Below are positions 8,119 through 16,606 of a stretch of DNA of 32,581 nt, in pieces. Every line of letters starts with the position of its first letter. Position 1 is the stretch's first letter. The notes under the pieces were generated by a model that was given only the letters and a program-made list of their open reading frames with translations, was not told the origin of the DNA and made no database searches. Made by a program: the position numbers and the translations under genes. This DNA is from a virus. Lineage: Duplodnaviria; Caudoviricetes. The DNA is taken from positions 1-32,581 of IMG/VR virus record IMGVR_UViG_3300003965_000017; one strand, 5' to 3'.

Positions 8119-8859
8119 ATGGACCCCCGCAAGCCTCACTTCGACGCCGCCCGCGCGGTCAGCCGCCTCGACGATGACGATGTCGACAAGATCCACGCCG
8201 CGCTCGACGTTGCCGGCGTGCCGCGCGCGACACCTGCGCCGCCGCCGGCGTTCTCGGCCGAAGCCTTCATCGAACGCTTCGTCAACCGCAACGCGCCCAA
8301 GCTGGGGAACTGCGACATCGAGTTGACGGCCGCCTCGCTTCAGGTGCCGAGCCGCAACCTGCGCGCAGTGATCGCGGTGGAGAGCAGGGGACAGAGCTTC
8401 AGCGACCTCGGCCTGCCGATGATCCTGTTCGAACCGCACATCTTCCACCGCCGCACGGACGGGCGCTGGAGCCCCAGCAGCTTCTCCTATGCCCGCTGGC
8501 GCGAACGGCCGTATCCCCGTGCCCAGATCGACCGATGGGGCCAGATGGCCGAAGCCGCGGCCCATGACGAACAGGCCGCGCTCGAAAGCGCCAGCTGGGG
8601 CTTCCCCCAGATCATGGGCTTCCACTGGAAGACGCTCGGCTATGCCAGTGCTGAAAGCTTCGCCCTCGCCATGGCGACAAGCGAAGCCGCGCAGCTTGGC
8701 GCGCTTGCGACCTTCATCAGGGTCAACGGCCTTGCCGACGAACTGCGCGCCGGAACTACCGAGGCGGAAAGCTGGCGCGCCTTTGCCCGCGGGTACAACG
8801 GCCCGGCCTATGCCGAGAATGGCTACCACGAAAAGCTGGCGCAGGCGGTGCGGTCATGA
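8119..8859 (+). CDS. Endolysin, N-acetylmuramidase (DUF3380 family)
   Basis: AVIAVES.G, ILFEPHIF, ALESASWG..QIMGFHW, FARGYNGP.Y..N.Y..KL motifs; GGAGG SD. Confidence 0.9.
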   Translation: MDPRKPHFDAARAVSRLDDDDVDKIHAALDVAGVPRATPAPPPAFSAEAFIERFVNRNAPKLGNCDIELTAASLQVPSRNLRAVIAVESRGQSFSDLGLPMILFEPHIFHRRTDGRWSPSSFSYARWRERPYPRAQIDRWGQMAEAAAHDEQAALESASWGFPQIMGFHWKTLGYASAESFALAMATSEAAQLGALATFIRVNGLADELRAGTTEAESWRAFARGYNGPAYAENGYHEKLAQAVRS

Positions 8860-9242
8860 ATCCGATACCCTTTCTGGGTGCTGCTGGGTTCGCGGGCATT
8901 CGGAACTGGATCTGGATCGCGATCGTCGGCGCGCTGATCGCCGGGGTCTGGGCGTTCGTCGCGATCGCTGATCGCCGGCATGAAAATGCGCTCGAAGCCG
9001 CATCCACCGCCGGCGCCGCTTCCGCCGTGGCGGCGGGGCAGCAAACCACTCTCGACCAGGTGAAGGACGCCAAAGATGCAGCTGACCAGATTCGCAACGA
9101 TCGCGGCCTTGTGCGCTATTGCCGGTGCGTGCGCGACGCCGCGCCAGGCTTCGCCGGAAACTGCAAGCGCGAGATCGCAGACCAGTCTGTGCTTGACGAT
9201 CTCGAAGCTGCCGCTGCGGCCTGCGCCAACCCGGCGGAATGA
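8856..9242 (+). CDS. Putative i-spanin (Rz-like)
   Basis: One N-terminal TM followed by a helical periplasmic region; directly after the endolysin. Confidence 0.65.
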   Translation: MNPIPFLGAAGFAGIRNWIWIAIVGALIAGVWAFVAIADRRHENALEAASTAGAASAVAAGQQTTLDQVKDAKDAADQIRNDRGLVRYCRCVRDAAPGFAGNCKREIADQSVLDDLEAAAAACANPAE

Positions 9243-9354
9243 CCCGGCCCGCCCGGCCGCGATCGATCCCGACAACATCGCCGACAGCGACGAAACCTTC
9301 GACTGGGGTCTGGAACACAACGCGAAGCTCGACGCCGCCTGCCCGCGGCCCTGA
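9076..9354 (+). CDS. Putative o-spanin lipoprotein (Rz1-like), overlapping the i-spanin in another frame
   Basis: Signal peptide MQLTRFATIAALCAIAGA-C with lipobox-like AGAC; Pro-rich mature part; overlapped arrangement typical of spanins. Confidence 0.65.
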   Translation: MQLTRFATIAALCAIAGACATPRQASPETASARSQTSLCLTISKLPLRPAPTRRNDPARPAAIDPDNIADSDETFDWGLEHNAKLDAACPRP

Positions 9355-9378
9355 CCCGAAAGACCAGAGGAACCGGCC

Positions 9379-10098
9379 ATGGTGACCATCCGCCACAAGA
9401 CGCCCGCCGCCAACCGCCCGCGCACCGGGATCGGTTCGAACATGTGGGACCAGGCGAACGAAGTGCCAATCGCGACCGAGCAGCAGGCGATCGAAGGACT
9501 GGCCGATGATGTGCTGATGACGCCGGAACGGGTCGGCCAGGCGATCGCCGTGGCCGGGCGGGAGGAAGTCGAGGCGATGCTGCAGCCAGGCCCCGGCTTT
9601 GTCATTACCCCGAGCGGAACGGGCGCGAACCGGACCCTCACCATTTCGGCGCCGGCAACCGAGGAAGCGGCGCAAAGCGCCCAGCAGGCTGCCGAGGATG
9701 CGGCAGCGGCGGCACAAGATCGCGCCCGTGCCCGGAACGCCCGCGGCTTCGACACGCGGGCGCAGCTGCTTGAAGCAACCGGCATGGTCGAGGGTGATCG
9801 ATCCGCCGTCCTAAAGTCACCTGGCACGACCCATGCGGCGGTGGCCGGAGAGGTGCGCCTAGGCGGCACGGCAGCGACCGTCGGCGAACCGATCCCAGAT
9901 GAAGGCGAATATGCCTACCAGGCAAGCCCGGCGGCGTGGCTGCGCATTGCTGATCTCGATAGCCAGACGGCGGCGGCTAGCGCTGACGATGCGGCGGCGG
10001 CCCCTGATTGGCGCGATGACGAAACTGGGCGAGCAATGGGGCCTGCGCGGGTTGTACTTCATCGCCATTTCATGGGTTCTGACGTTCGCAGCATCTGA
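9379..10098 (+). pseudogene. Second tail fibre/spike protein, N-terminal part only (runs into foreign sequence after ~10000)
   Basis: IATEQQAIEG..DDVLMTP motif resembling the gpH repeat; Ala-rich coiled segments (AAQSAQQAAEDAAAAA); same CAGAGGAACC RBS as gpH; abrupt change in composition at ~10001. Confidence 0.6.
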
Positions 10099-10189
10099 AC
10101 TGACATATCGATTTGTGGAGAGGCCGCTTAAAGATTTGAGGCACCGCCGAAAGAGTGAGATTGTCCGCAGTTCGGCTCAGCAAGCTTAA
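10001..10189 (+). pseudogene. Acyltransferase-3 (OafA/Oac-like) C-terminal remnant
   Basis: PLIGAM...FIAISWVLTFAASELTYRFVERPLKDLR carries the YRFVERP motif of the last AT3 helix; no start codon or N-terminal part. Confidence 0.7.
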
Positions 10190-10323
10190 GGCCGACTGTC
10201 TCGAGTTCCGGGGTCAATCGACCTGCAAATGGGCGCTAGATTCGGTGCTTTTTTGACGGGCGCCGCCTGAAAAAGTGCGATCCACCCTGCCACGCAAGAA
10301 AAGCCCATCGGAGCGGTGCAAGA

Positions 10324-10938
10324 ATGCTGAAGCCCCCCCCTCAGGAAGATATCCCGGCCGATCTTGCGAGCCTGGTGCGCATCGGAACCGTGATTGAGGT
10401 CGATCTCGACGAGGCGCGCTGCATCGTGCGCTTCGGCGATCCTGATGATGCCGAACCGGCCGAGACCGGGCCGATCCGATGGCTCACACCTCGCGCAGGG
10501 CTGACCCGGGTCTGGTCACCTCCCAGCGTGGGCGAACAGGTGCTGCTGGTCTGCCCCGATGGCCAGATCGGTGCCGCCGTCGCCATCATGGGTATCGTGC
10601 AAGACAGCTTCCCGCCGCTCGGCAGCACCACCGCCGAAATGATCGAGTTCGCAGATGGCGCGAGGATCAGCTACGATCCCGATGCGCACGAGCTGGTGGC
10701 GGTTCTGCCCGCCGGCGGGACGGTGGACGTGACTGCCGATGGCGGGATCACCCTGCGCGGCGATGTGACCATCGAGGGCAGCTTGACGGTCAACGGCGAT
10801 GCGGCGATCACGGGTGACGCCAGCGTCGACCAGACCGTGACTGCAGCCGATGATGTCGTGGGCGGCGGGATAAGCCTGAAGACCCACCGTCACGGGCAGG
10901 TGCAGGCTGGTGGGGCGCAGTCCGGCACACCGGTCTGA
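10324..10938 (+). CDS. gpV: Baseplate spike protein V
   Basis: LVRIGTV.EVD, WLTPRAG.TR.WSPPSVGEQV, F.DGA.I.YD, GISLKTH.H iron-binding apex motif. Confidence 0.95.
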   Translation: MLKPPPQEDIPADLASLVRIGTVIEVDLDEARCIVRFGDPDDAEPAETGPIRWLTPRAGLTRVWSPPSVGEQVLLVCPDGQIGAAVAIMGIVQDSFPPLGSTTAEMIEFADGARISYDPDAHELVAVLPAGGTVDVTADGGITLRGDVTIEGSLTVNGDAAITGDASVDQTVTAADDVVGGGISLKTHRHGQVQAGGAQSGTPV

Positions 10939-10946
10939 TCGTTCAG

Positions 10947-11014
10947 GGTCAAAGCCACTTCCACCGCCCCCGCCGCTGGTATTGCGCGCGCGAAGAGCGT
11001 TTCCCTCCATCCCG
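10947..11014 (+). promoter_or_regulatory. Putative Ogr-activated late promoter upstream of W-FI-FII
   Basis: GGTCAAAGCCACTTCCACC (10947-10965, GGT-N13-ACC), 18 nt spacer, then GCGCGCGCG; same geometry as 4156-4202. Confidence 0.5.
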
Positions 11015-11467
11015 ATGCAGGGAATGAACGCCTCGACCGGAAAGCCGATCAGCGACGAAGCGCACCTTGCGCAGTCGATCGGCAAGATCCTCTCGACCCC
11101 ATTGGGCAGCCGCGCGATGCGGCGCGACTTCGGTTCGCTGTTGTTCGAGCTGATCGACAAGCCGATCAACGGCGCGATCCGAATGCTGCTGCAGGCCGCG
11201 ACCGCGATCGCGCTGCGGCGTTGGGAACCGCGCATCCGCCTGACCCGGGTCACGCTTTCGGGCGAGCCCGCCGCGGGCCGGCTCATCATCCGTATCGAAG
11301 GGCTGCGCACCGATCTGCCACCTTCGAACGCGCTGGTTGCCTTGACCATTCCGTTCCAGGCGCGCCCCGTCGATCAGTCAGGCCTGACCCTGATCACGTC
11401 TCCCGTCGTCCGCACGGGCATCTTCGACACCAGCATCTTCAATGAAGCGGTCTTCAGTGCCGCCTGA
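11015..11467 (+). CDS. gpW: Baseplate protein W (gp25-like) with C-terminal extension
   Basis: MQGMNASTG, HLAQSI..IL.TPLGSR.MRRDFGS.L.ELID.P, ALRRWEPRI. Confidence 0.93.
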   Translation: MQGMNASTGKPISDEAHLAQSIGKILSTPLGSRAMRRDFGSLLFELIDKPINGAIRMLLQAATAIALRRWEPRIRLTRVTLSGEPAAGRLIIRIEGLRTDLPPSNALVALTIPFQARPVDQSGLTLITSPVVRTGIFDTSIFNEAVFSAA

Positions 11468-11481
11468 AAGGAACCCCTGAC

Positions 11482-12645
11482 ATGGTCCATGGCCTCACCC
11501 TTACCGAATCCGCTGCCGGCCCGCGCGCGCTGGGTGCCGTCAGCCTTGCCGTGATCGGCATCGTCGCCACCGCCACTGCCACCGGAGCACCGGAGCAGGC
11601 GGCGCTCGATGAAGCCTTCCCGCTCAACACGCCGGTCCTGATCACCGGCGGCGTCGATATTGCGGCGGGCAAGGCGGGCGACGGCGGCACGCTGGGCCCC
11701 GTGCTGCGCGCGATCGGCGATCAGGCGAGCCCGGTGGTGGTGGTGGTGCGTGTGGCGGAAGGCGAAGACCAGGCCGAAACCGATGCCAACGTGATCGGCA
11801 CCACGGACGGGACCACGTTCACCGGCCTGCAGGCGCTGGCCGTGGCAGAACAGCGCCTTGGCGTGAAGCCGCAGATCCTTGCCGCGCCCGGGCTCGACAG
11901 CCAGGACGTGGTCGAGGAGCTGGTCAGCGTCGCGAAGAAGCTGCGCGGCTTCGTCTATGCCGCGGCGGCCGGCGCCGATGTCGAAGACGCCCTGACCTAT
12001 CGCGAAAACTTCGGTCACCGCGAACTGATGCTGATCTGGCCGGGCACCACCGCCCAGTTCGCCGGCGACATCATTGCGCGCGCGATCGGCCTGCGCGCCC
12101 AGATCGATGAGACCGTGGGCTGGCACAAGACGATCAGCAACGTGCAGCTGGTCGGCGTGACCGGACTGAACCGCGACATCAGCTTCGACCAGACCGATCC
12201 CAGCACCGATGCCGGCGTGCTCAACGCGGGCGAGGTCACCACGATCATCCGCCAGAACGGCTTCCGGCTGTGGGGCAACCGGACCTGCGCCGACCCCGAA
12301 ACCAACCCCAGCTTCGTCTTCGAAAGCGCGGTGCGCACCAGCCATGCGCTGCAGGAAATCGTCAGCCAGATTGTCAGTCCGTTCATCGATCAGCCGATGA
12401 CCGTGGGGCTGGTGAAGGATCTCCTCGAAACCGGCAACGCCCGCTTCCGGCAGCTGGCCACCCAGGGCGTGATCCAGGGCGCGGAAATGTTCTTCGATCC
12501 CGATCAGAACAGCGCGCAGGAACTGGCCGCCGGCCGCCCGCGCTTCCGCATCCAGTTCACGCCGGTCGCCCCGCTCGAAAACCCCAACATCGATCTGGTG
12601 ATCACCGATTTCTACTACACCGACTTCGCCGACCAGCTGGTCTGA
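11482..12645 (+). CDS. FI: Tail sheath protein
   Basis: FPLNTPVLI, GTL...L.AI.DQ, KP.IL.APGLD, GWHKTISN, GFRLWGNRTC, FESAVRT, P..PLEN. Confidence 0.96.
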   Translation: MVHGLTLTESAAGPRALGAVSLAVIGIVATATATGAPEQAALDEAFPLNTPVLITGGVDIAAGKAGDGGTLGPVLRAIGDQASPVVVVVRVAEGEDQAETDANVIGTTDGTTFTGLQALAVAEQRLGVKPQILAAPGLDSQDVVEELVSVAKKLRGFVYAAAAGADVEDALTYRENFGHRELMLIWPGTTAQFAGDIIARAIGLRAQIDETVGWHKTISNVQLVGVTGLNRDISFDQTDPSTDAGVLNAGEVTTIIRQNGFRLWGNRTCADPETNPSFVFESAVRTSHALQEIVSQIVSPFIDQPMTVGLVKDLLETGNARFRQLATQGVIQGAEMFFDPDQNSAQELAAGRPRFRIQFTPVAPLENPNIDLVITDFYYTDFADQLV

Positions 12646-12709
12646 CGTTTTGTTGCGCTACCGCTTCGCTGCTTGAGCGCGGGCGGGTCCACCACCTTAG
12701 GAGGCCACG

Positions 12710-13219
12710 ATGGGTATCCCGAAGAAACTGAAGAACCTCACCGCCCATGTCGACGGTACGAACTACATCGGCCAGGTGGTCGAGTTCGAGGAACCCGGCC
12801 TCGCGCTGGCGACCGAGGAATATCGCGGCGGCGGCATGATCGGCCCGGTGATGATCGATCTCGGCCTGCAGGCGATGCAGGCAACCATGAAGATGGGCGG
12901 CCACGTGGTCGAGCTGATGCGCAAGTTCGGTGCCACCCAGGTGGACGCGGTCCGGGTGCGCCTGACCGGCGCCTACCAGCGCGACGACACCGGCGAGATC
13001 GACGTGGTCGAATGCTACATCGGCGGCCGTTTCAGCGAGATCGCCACGGGCACCGCCAAGCCGGGCGATGATACCGAGCACGATTACACCATCCCGCTCG
13101 CCTATTATCGCCGGGTGGTGAACGGGCGCCCGGAGATCGAGATCGACATGGTCGCCGGCACCTTCATCGTCGACGGGATCGACCGTTACGGCGAGATCAT
13201 GGCGGCGCTGCGCAACTGA
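12710..13219 (+). CDS. FII: Major tail tube protein
   Basis: P.KLKN, EEYRGGGM.GPV.IDLG, GAYQRDDTG, EIDMV....VDG.D. Confidence 0.96.
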   Translation: MGIPKKLKNLTAHVDGTNYIGQVVEFEEPGLALATEEYRGGGMIGPVMIDLGLQAMQATMKMGGHVVELMRKFGATQVDAVRVRLTGAYQRDDTGEIDVVECYIGGRFSEIATGTAKPGDDTEHDYTIPLAYYRRVVNGRPEIEIDMVAGTFIVDGIDRYGEIMAALRN

Positions 13220-13226
13220 CCGGAAA

Positions 13227-13275
13227 CCGCCGACCGGCGCTTGCGGGGCGGCCGGTCGGCGGGGGGGGGGGGGGG
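13227..13275 (+). other. 12-bp perfect hairpin followed by a G15 homopolymer
   Basis: CCGCCGACCGGC (13227-13238) pairs with GCCGGTCGGCGG (13251-13262); G run 13261-13275. Confidence 0.7.
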
Positions 13276-13333
13276 CCGTAACACCCGCCCTCAAGCAGCA
13301 ACGCGGTAGGGCACAAAGGAAGGAACGCCCCGC

Positions 13334-13693
13334 ATGGCTGACACTGTCACTCCCCCCACCCAGGACCCCGCAAAGATCGTGCGCAGCGATCCGATCACGC
13401 TGGCGGAACCGATCGTGCGTGGTGAGCAGGTGATCGCATCGATCACCCTGCGAAAGCCCAGGGCCGGCGAGATGCGGGGTCTGACCCTGCAGGATCTTCT
13501 GACCTCCGATATCGCGGCGATCCTTAAGGTGGTGCCCCGGATCAGCGATCCGGTGCTGACCCCGCACGAATGCGACGGCCTCGACCCGGCCGACCTCAGC
13601 GAAATCGGGGGCACGATCCGCGGTTTTTTTATGACGGCGTCGGAGAAGAAGATCCTCGAGGCGATGATCGCGGAACAACAGCCGAAGACCTGA
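13334..13693 (+). CDS. gpE: Tail assembly chaperone E
   Basis: L..PI.RG...I..ITLRKP.AG.MRGL.L, PRIS.P.LT, LDPADL. Confidence 0.92.
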   Translation: MADTVTPPTQDPAKIVRSDPITLAEPIVRGEQVIASITLRKPRAGEMRGLTLQDLLTSDIAAILKVVPRISDPVLTPHECDGLDPADLSEIGGTIRGFFMTASEKKILEAMIAEQQPKT

Positions 13694-13842
13694 TGGCCGA
13701 TATCGCCGGGATCTTCCACTGGCCTCTCAGCGAACTGAAAGCGCTCGACATCGATGAGCTGGCCGAATGGCGCGAGCGGGCTGTCAGCTGGTGGAACAGG
13801 GCCCATGCCGAGAGGGGCAGCGATAGGACACACAGGCGATGA
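13624..13842 (+). CDS. gpE': E' extension produced by programmed -1 frameshift (gpE+E')
   Basis: T7 slippery run at 13624-13630 (GGT TTT TTT ATG). The -1 frame encodes LMADIAGIFHWPLSEL...L.EWRERA, the P2 GpE' motif, and stops at 13842. Confidence 0.85.
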   Translation, partial: FFYDGVGEEDPRGDDRGTTAEDLMADIAGIFHWPLSELKALDIDELAEWRERAVSWWNRAHAERGSDRTHRR

Positions 13843-16088
13843 ACAACAAGCTGTCCCTGCTGGTGAACTTCGTCGGCGTCGACAAGATGTCGGGCGCGCT
13901 GCGCAACATCATCGGGCTCGGCCGGCAGGGCTCGCGCTCGCTCGGTGATCTGCGCAAGGAAAGCCAGGGTCTTGGCAAGGAGCTGCGCGAGATCCGGAAG
14001 GAAATGGCCGGCAGCGCGCAGGCGAGCCTGGAACTCGCCGGGCGCGAACGCGAGCTGGAACAGGCGATCGGCCGGACCAATGCCGAAATCGCCGAGCGCA
14101 AGCGGCTCTATGCGATCGAGGCCGGGCACCGCGCCAACCTCGCCAAGGCCGAGGCGCTGCAGCAGCGCGGACGCGAGAACATGGTGCAGGGGGCGGCGAT
14201 GGCTGCCCCGATCATCCTGGCGGTGAAGGCCGCCGGCGACTTTTCCAGCGGCATGGTCGATATCCAGCAGAAGATGGGGCTGACCAACACGGCGACGGAC
14301 GCGCTCGCCGGGCGGATCATCACCATGGCCGATCACGCCCGGATGTTGCCGGAAGACATGCGCGCGGGCCTCGACATGCTCGGCGGGCTGGGCGGGCTCA
14401 CCCTTCAGCAGATCGAGGCGGCGATGGCCCCGGCAGGCCGGCTCGCCACCGCCTTCAAGGTCGAACTTCCGGACGCGGCGGCAAGCGCCCATGCCAGCAT
14501 CACCAACCTCAAGGTCCCTGCCGCGCAGGTGGCGGCCGCTTTCGATGCCATGGCCGCCGCCGGGAACGAAGGCGGGTTCGAGGTGAAGGACATGGCCCGG
14601 CATTTCCCGGCGCTCACCGCCCAGATGCGGGCGCTGGGTGACGTGGGTGTGCCTGCGGTTGCCGACCTTTCGGCCGCGCTGCAGATCGTGCGCAAGAGTT
14701 CGGGCGATGCGGACGAGGCGGGGAACAACGTCAAGAACCTGCTCGCCAAGATCAACGCGCCCGGCACGATCCGGGCGTTCGAAAAGAACTTCGGCGTCAA
14801 CCTGCCGGCCGCGATGGCCAAGCTCACCAGCGAAGGGAAATCCTCGCTCGAAGCGATCGCCATGATCACACGGCAGGCAACCGGCGGGGATTTGAAGAAG
14901 CTGGGCTTCGCTTTCGAGGACATGCAGGCCCAGTCGGCCGTGCGCGCGCTGATCCAGGACCTCGATGAATACCGGGCGGTGCGCGACAAGGCGATGCGCG
15001 CGGGCGGAACGGTGGATGCCGCCTTCGACCAGCGCGTTCTGCGCGATGCGAACGTCAGCTGGAAAGCATTCATGGGCAGCGTCTCCGGGCTGGCCATCAC
15101 AATGGGCACCACCTTGCTCCCGGTGCTGAGCAGCGCCTTCGATCAGATCAATTCGGTTCTGAAGGTGGTTTCGGCCTGGGCAAAGGCGAACCCCGAGACT
15201 GCAGGGACGATCATCAGGCTGGCCGCCGGACTCGCCGTCTTCAGGATCGGGGTCGGCGCGGCGCAGCTCGCGATCGGCGGGTTCATGAAGCCCGCCGCCG
15301 GACTGCATGCGATGGTCATGAAGTTCGGAGGCTACAGTGCGGTGTTCGGCACGTTGCGCACTGCTGTCTTGGCGCTGGGCAGCGGCTTCATGAAGGCCGG
15401 TGCCCTGATGCTGGCCAACCCGATCGTGCTGGTCATCACCGGCATCGTCGCCGCGCTCGCGGTGGCGGGCTACCTGATCTACACCCACTGGGATACGATC
15501 AAGGCGGCGTTCCAGACCGGGTGGAACAACGTCAAGAGCCTCATGGCGGGCTCCCCCGGGTGGCTCACCAACATAGGCAAGATGATGATGGCCGGGCTCT
15601 TGGCGGCCATCAACCCGTTGGCGCTGGGGGCGCGGCTGATCCAGATGGCGAAGACCGGGATCCAGCAGTTCAAGGATTACCTCGGCATCCGATCCCCTTC
15701 GCGCGTGTTCATGGGGCTGGGGTCGGACACCGCGGCGGGCCTCATTCTGGGCCTGCAGCGCGGCGAACGCGGCGTGCTCGATGCGGCCGGGCACATGGCG
15801 AACCGGATGATCGCGGAAAGCACGCGCGGCCTTGCCGGCGCTCAGCAGGGAGTGCTGGGCGCGGCGGGACGCGTCGCCACGGGCATGGTCGCGGCCGGTT
15901 CGCTTGCGGCAGCACCGGCAAGCGCCTCCAGCGCCCCGGCCTCCGGCACGACGGGCGGAGGGCTGACCGTGACGATCAATATCCAGCAGCGGCCCGGGCA
16001 GGACGCGGCCGAGCTGGCGCGGGAAATCCGGCGCGAGCTGGAACGCATGGCCGGCCAGGCCGCGCGCAGTTCCTACAGTGACGCATAG
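13839..16088 (+). CDS. gpT: Tail tape measure protein
   Basis: 749 aa Ala/Gly-rich helical protein; G.FE.KDMA..FP.L core, ANPIVL..., LGI.SPSRVF motif; lies between E and U. Confidence 0.93.
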   Translation: MNNKLSLLVNFVGVDKMSGALRNIIGLGRQGSRSLGDLRKESQGLGKELREIRKEMAGSAQASLELAGRERELEQAIGRTNAEIAERKRLYAIEAGHRANLAKAEALQQRGRENMVQGAAMAAPIILAVKAAGDFSSGMVDIQQKMGLTNTATDALAGRIITMADHARMLPEDMRAGLDMLGGLGGLTLQQIEAAMAPAGRLATAFKVELPDAAASAHASITNLKVPAAQVAAAFDAMAAAGNEGGFEVKDMARHFPALTAQMRALGDVGVPAVADLSAALQIVRKSSGDADEAGNNVKNLLAKINAPGTIRAFEKNFGVNLPAAMAKLTSEGKSSLEAIAMITRQATGGDLKKLGFAFEDMQAQSAVRALIQDLDEYRAVRDKAMRAGGTVDAAFDQRVLRDANVSWKAFMGSVSGLAITMGTTLLPVLSSAFDQINSVLKVVSAWAKANPETAGTIIRLAAGLAVFRIGVGAAQLAIGGFMKPAAGLHAMVMKFGGYSAVFGTLRTAVLALGSGFMKAGALMLANPIVLVITGIVAALAVAGYLIYTHWDTIKAAFQTGWNNVKSLMAGSPGWLTNIGKMMMAGLLAAINPLALGARLIQMAKTGIQQFKDYLGIRSPSRVFMGLGSDTAAGLILGLQRGERGVLDAAGHMANRMIAESTRGLAGAQQGVLGAAGRVATGMVAAGSLAAAPASASSAPASGTTGGGLTVTINIQQRPGQDAAELAREIRRELERMAGQAARSSYSDA

Positions 16089-16099
16089 GAGCCCGACCG

Positions 16100-16606
16100 A
16101 TGGCCTCTCTCCCCCCGCTGCCGCGCATTCCCGCGATACCCGGTCTCTCTTCGGTCCGTGATGCGCAGCCCCGCACGCCGGCCGCCTCGCGCGAGCTGAT
16201 GACGTTGGGCATGTTCGTCTTCAGCGTCGAGACCGCGCTCTACCAAGCCCTTACCCGCAGCCGCGAATGGCGCCATGCCACCGCCGAACGGTTCGGCGCG
16301 CGGGCGGCGGCGCAATATGTGGGGCCGGGGGTGGACACGATCGGTCTTTCGGGGCTGATCGTGCCGGAAATCGCCGGGCGGTACAGCGCGCTCGAAACGC
16401 TGGCCGACATGGCGGCCACGGGCGACAGCTACCCGCTCATGGACGGGGACGGGCGCGTGCTCGGCCATTACCGGATTGTCCGGCTCGATGAGGACCACGC
16501 CGTGATCATGGCCGGCGGGATCCCGCGCAACATCGCCTTCCGCCTCGAACTCGAACGGTCGGACGATGACGGCGACGGGCAGGGCAATCTGGCAGCGGCG
16601 CCATGA
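16100..16606 (+). CDS. gpU: Tail protein U
   Basis: LM.LGMFVF...T..YQ.L.R...WRH....R.G.R...QY.GPG.D.I.LSG; start could be at 16199. Confidence 0.92.
   Translation: MASLPPLPRIPAIPGLSSVRDAQPRTPAASRELMTLGMFVFSVETALYQALTRSREWRHATAERFGARAAAQYVGPGVDTIGLSGLIVPEIAGRYSALETLADMAATGDSYPLMDGDGRVLGHYRIVRLDEDHAVIMAGGIPRNIAFRLELERSDDDGDGQGNLAAAP

Noticed and set aside
5718-10098. Tail-fibre diversification by invertase or DGR
   Set aside because: No small invertase, inverted fibre cassette, reverse transcriptase or template/variable repeat pair was seen.
10245-10278. Intrinsic terminator before V
   Set aside because: T and A runs flank a poorly paired GC core; the stem is too weak to call.
13629-15794. 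721-aa minus-strand ORF
   Set aside because: Antisense shadow of the tape measure gene.
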